A DNA stretch of 64,000 bases from an uncultured Pelagibacteraceae bacterium. GTDB lineage: Bacteria > Pseudomonadota > Alphaproteobacteria > Pelagibacterales > Pelagibacteraceae. The position numbers and the translations under genes are program-made. The notes under the pieces are model-generated. The model was not told where the DNA came from, ran no database searches, and worked only from the letters and a program-made list of their open reading frames with translations. The stretch spans positions 79,811 to 143,810 of the forward strand of contig CABZFF010000002.1 in NCBI GenBank assembly GCA_902524945.1, read 5' to 3'. Shown here piece by piece: positions 61,994-64,000 of this stretch. The first letter of the stretch is position 1; each line of letters starts with the position of its first letter.

Positions 61994-63030
61994 TAAGCTT
62001 TCATTTTAACTTGAACACCAAAGAAGCCTGTTGGCTTGATCATTAAAACAACAATCATTAATAAAAAGGCGTATAAATCTTTGTGACTTCCAGAAATATA
62101 AAAAGAAGAAGCTGTTTCAAATATTCCAACTGTAAAACCTCCAACTATTGCACCAGGCAGATTACCAAAACCACCTACGACCGCAGCAGCAAAAGCTTTC
62201 ATAAGAATGATATAACCCATGAATACAACAACTTGATAAGTTGGACCTACTAAAGTTCCTCCGATACCTGCTATGGCACAGGCAATACCAAAAATAATTG
62301 ATATGTATAGTGGCACGTTTATTCCAACTAGATTTGAAACATCTTTAGAGTAAGCTACGGCTCTGATACCTAATCCCATTTTTGTTTTATTTAAAAAGAA
62401 CCAAAGACCTGCTGCTACAGATAAACCAACGACTATCATCCAAATATAAGTAATCGGTAAAAATAGTCCTCCTATTTCCATTGGCAAACCTAATTCAGCA
62501 GGGAAAGGTTTTGCTACTGGATTCCAAATTAAATAAGCAACGTTTATTAAAACCACTGAAAGACCAAATCCACATATGATTATTCCCATTCCAGCTACGG
62601 TGTAACCACCACCTTTTTTTGTTAGAGGTCTTAAGAAAACTCTTTCAATAAAAACTCCAAATAAACCCATTGAAACAAAGGCTGTAAATAAACAAACAAC
62701 ATAAATTATCCAACCATAAGCATCAGGAAATATATTAAAAATCCAGTCTTGATTACCTAAAAGATTAAACATAGTCAGACCGGCAAAAGCACCTATCATG
62801 AAAAATTCACCGTGAGAAAAATTAACTACATCTAGACCTGTGTAGATTAACGAAATTCCAAGAGCAACTAAGCCATAAATAATACCAACAGATAGACCAA
62901 TTGTTAAAACTGATTTAAGTGACTCAATACTCATATCGGGGCTGCTTACACACCAGCCGATGTAAAGAAGCACGAATGTTCCGAATATGATATTTTCACC
63001 TTTTTTTCCGATTCTCAATTTATTAAACAT
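61993..63030 (-). CDS. livH: Branched-chain amino acid-type ABC transporter permease (LivH-like)
   Basis: G..YGLVALG.SLI....VVNFSHGE, GLGIRAVA, KAFAAAVVGGFG, KPTGFFG. Confidence 0.9.
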   Translation of the reverse strand: MFNKLRIGKKGENIIFGTFVLLYIGWCVSSPDMSIESLKSVLTIGLSVGIIYGLVALGISLIYTGLDVVNFSHGEFFMIGAFAGLTMFNLLGNQDWIFNIFPDAYGWIIYVVCLFTAFVSMGLFGVFIERVFLRPLTKKGGGYTVAGMGIIICGFGLSVVLINVAYLIWNPVAKPFPAELGLPMEIGGLFLPITYIWMIVVGLSVAAGLWFFLNKTKMGLGIRAVAYSKDVSNLVGINVPLYISIIFGIACAIAGIGGTLVGPTYQVVVFMGYIILMKAFAAAVVGGFGNLPGAIVGGFTVGIFETASSFYISGSHKDLYAFLLMIVVLMIKPTGFFGVQVKMKA

Positions 63031-63742
63031 TGGCTTTAGTACCCCCAAGATAAGACTCTTTTACACTTTCGTCGTACATTAATTTCTTACTATCGCCCTC
63101 AACATTTATCACACCGTCTTTAATTACATATCCGTAATCAGCAAGCAATAATGCCATCCTAATATTTTGTTCTACCACAAGAACTGTTAATCCATCTTGT
63201 CTAATTCTATTAATATTTTTAAAGATATCTAAAACTATTTGAGGCGCTAGAGCAGCACTGGGCTCGTCTAGCATTATCATTTTAGGATTAGACATTAACC
63301 CTCTTCCAATACATAACATTTGCAACTCTCCACCTGATAAAGTTGCGGCCAACTGATCTTTTCTTTCATTTAATCTTGGAAAATAGTTATAAACTTTTTC
63401 TAAATTATCTGACAGTTGTTGTTTGCTTTTTAAAATAAATCCACCTAATTTTAAATTTTCAGTGACAGACATTGCAGGGAAAACATCCTTTCCTTGAGTT
63501 ACCTGTACTAATCCTCTTCCAACTATTTCGTGAGCAGGCAAGTTTTGAATTTGCTCACCGTTAAATTCGATTGTACCTTTCCATGATCTAATTAATCCAG
63601 ATGCAGCTCTTAAGATAGTTGATTTGCCTGTCCCATTACCACCGAGCAATGCAACTATAGATTGTTTCTCAACTTTCATATTAGCTCCATTTAAAATTTG
63701 TACAGAGCCATATCCAGAAATAAGTTGATCTATCTTAAGCAA
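63023..63742 (-). CDS. livF: Branched-chain amino acid-type ABC transporter ATP-binding protein (LivF-like)
   Basis: GGNGTGKST, TLSGGE.QML, LDEPS, VEQN, YLGG; TTG start with GGAGG SD at 63747-63751. Confidence 0.92.
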   Translation of the reverse strand: MLKIDQLISGYGSVQILNGANMKVEKQSIVALLGGNGTGKSTILRAASGLIRSWKGTIEFNGEQIQNLPAHEIVGRGLVQVTQGKDVFPAMSVTENLKLGGFILKSKQQLSDNLEKVYNYFPRLNERKDQLAATLSGGELQMLCIGRGLMSNPKMIMLDEPSAALAPQIVLDIFKNINRIRQDGLTVLVVEQNIRMALLLADYGYVIKDGVINVEGDSKKLMYDESVKESYLGGTKANV

Positions 63743-63797
63743 TTATCCTCCAAATTTTTTTCTTGATTTACCAAAAATGTAACTATTAGTCATAGAC

Positions 63798-63827
63798 ATT
63801 ATAACTATTATTTTATAGCCTTAGCAA
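63798..63827 (-). promoter_or_regulatory. Sigma70-type promoter for the leftward catabolic operon
   Basis: Minus strand TTGCTA (63827-63822)-N18-TATAAT (63803-63798). Confidence 0.5.
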
Positions 63828-63853
63828 CAATTAAATAACAAATGGGGGAAATA

Positions 63854-64000
63854 ATGAATAAACTAAAATTTGTTTTTTCAGCAATTGTCTTTTCCGCAGG
63901 TTTAGTGATCACAACTTTAGCTCAAGCAGAAACAATCAAAATTGGTGTTTCTTTTAGAATGCTATCTGATGTTGGTTACAAACACGGAGAGTTAATTACT
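63854..64000 (+). CDS. ABC transporter periplasmic substrate-binding protein (LivJ/K-like), 5' partial
   Basis: Manual translation MNKLKFVFSAIVFSAGLVITTLAQA-ETIKIGVSFRMLS...; signal peptide with AQA cleavage site, then the IKIG motif typical of Leu-binding-type SBPs; GGGGG SD; divergent from livF. Confidence 0.75.
   Translation, partial: MNKLKFVFSAIVFSAGLVITTLAQAETIKIGVSFRMLSDVGYKHGELIT

Noticed and set aside
1-64000. CRISPR arrays, rRNA genes, IS elements, inteins/introns, defence systems
   Set aside because: No regularly spaced repeats or such genes seen; nearly all sequence is accounted for by recognisable CDSs of normal length

Overview
AT-rich (about 30% GC by eye), very gene-dense alphaproteobacterial chromosome segment. 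Gene order, protein sequences and near-zero intergenic spacing point to a SAR11/Pelagibacterales-like streamlined genome; this is inference, with no database search. Most of the window is core housekeeping: the end of a SUF Fe-S cluster (sufU-sufT-iscA), glnA, tRNA-Leu-tig-clpP-clpX-lon, tRNA-Val/Asp, nuoA-N, birA-coaX-rnj-proS-lolC/D-dnaE, and rpsB-tsf-frr-uppS-cdsA-dxr-bamA-skp-lpxD-fabZ-lpxA-lpxI-lpxB. pyrH and rseP are missing from their usual positions. Three accessory items stand out. (1) An animal-GLS-type glutaminase (EF-hand-like + glutaminase + two ankyrin modules) is preceded by a perfect 23-bp palindrome and overlaps glnA tail-to-tail. (2) A two-gene glycosylation insert after lon has a GT17 glycosyltransferase divergent from an 852-aa fusion of SDR, cupin and NDP-sugar C-methyltransferase domains. 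(3) A 10.6-kb translationally coupled minus-strand catabolic operon of unknown substrate encodes a LIV-type ABC transporter, PanE-like reductase, AACS-like CoA ligase, atypical BadI/MenB-like crotonase, enolase-superfamily enzyme, truncated CitE-like lyase, a GGCT-Gfo/Idh/MocA fusion and two more Gfo/Idh/MocA dehydrogenases. No CRISPR array, rRNA, integrase or transposase was seen.
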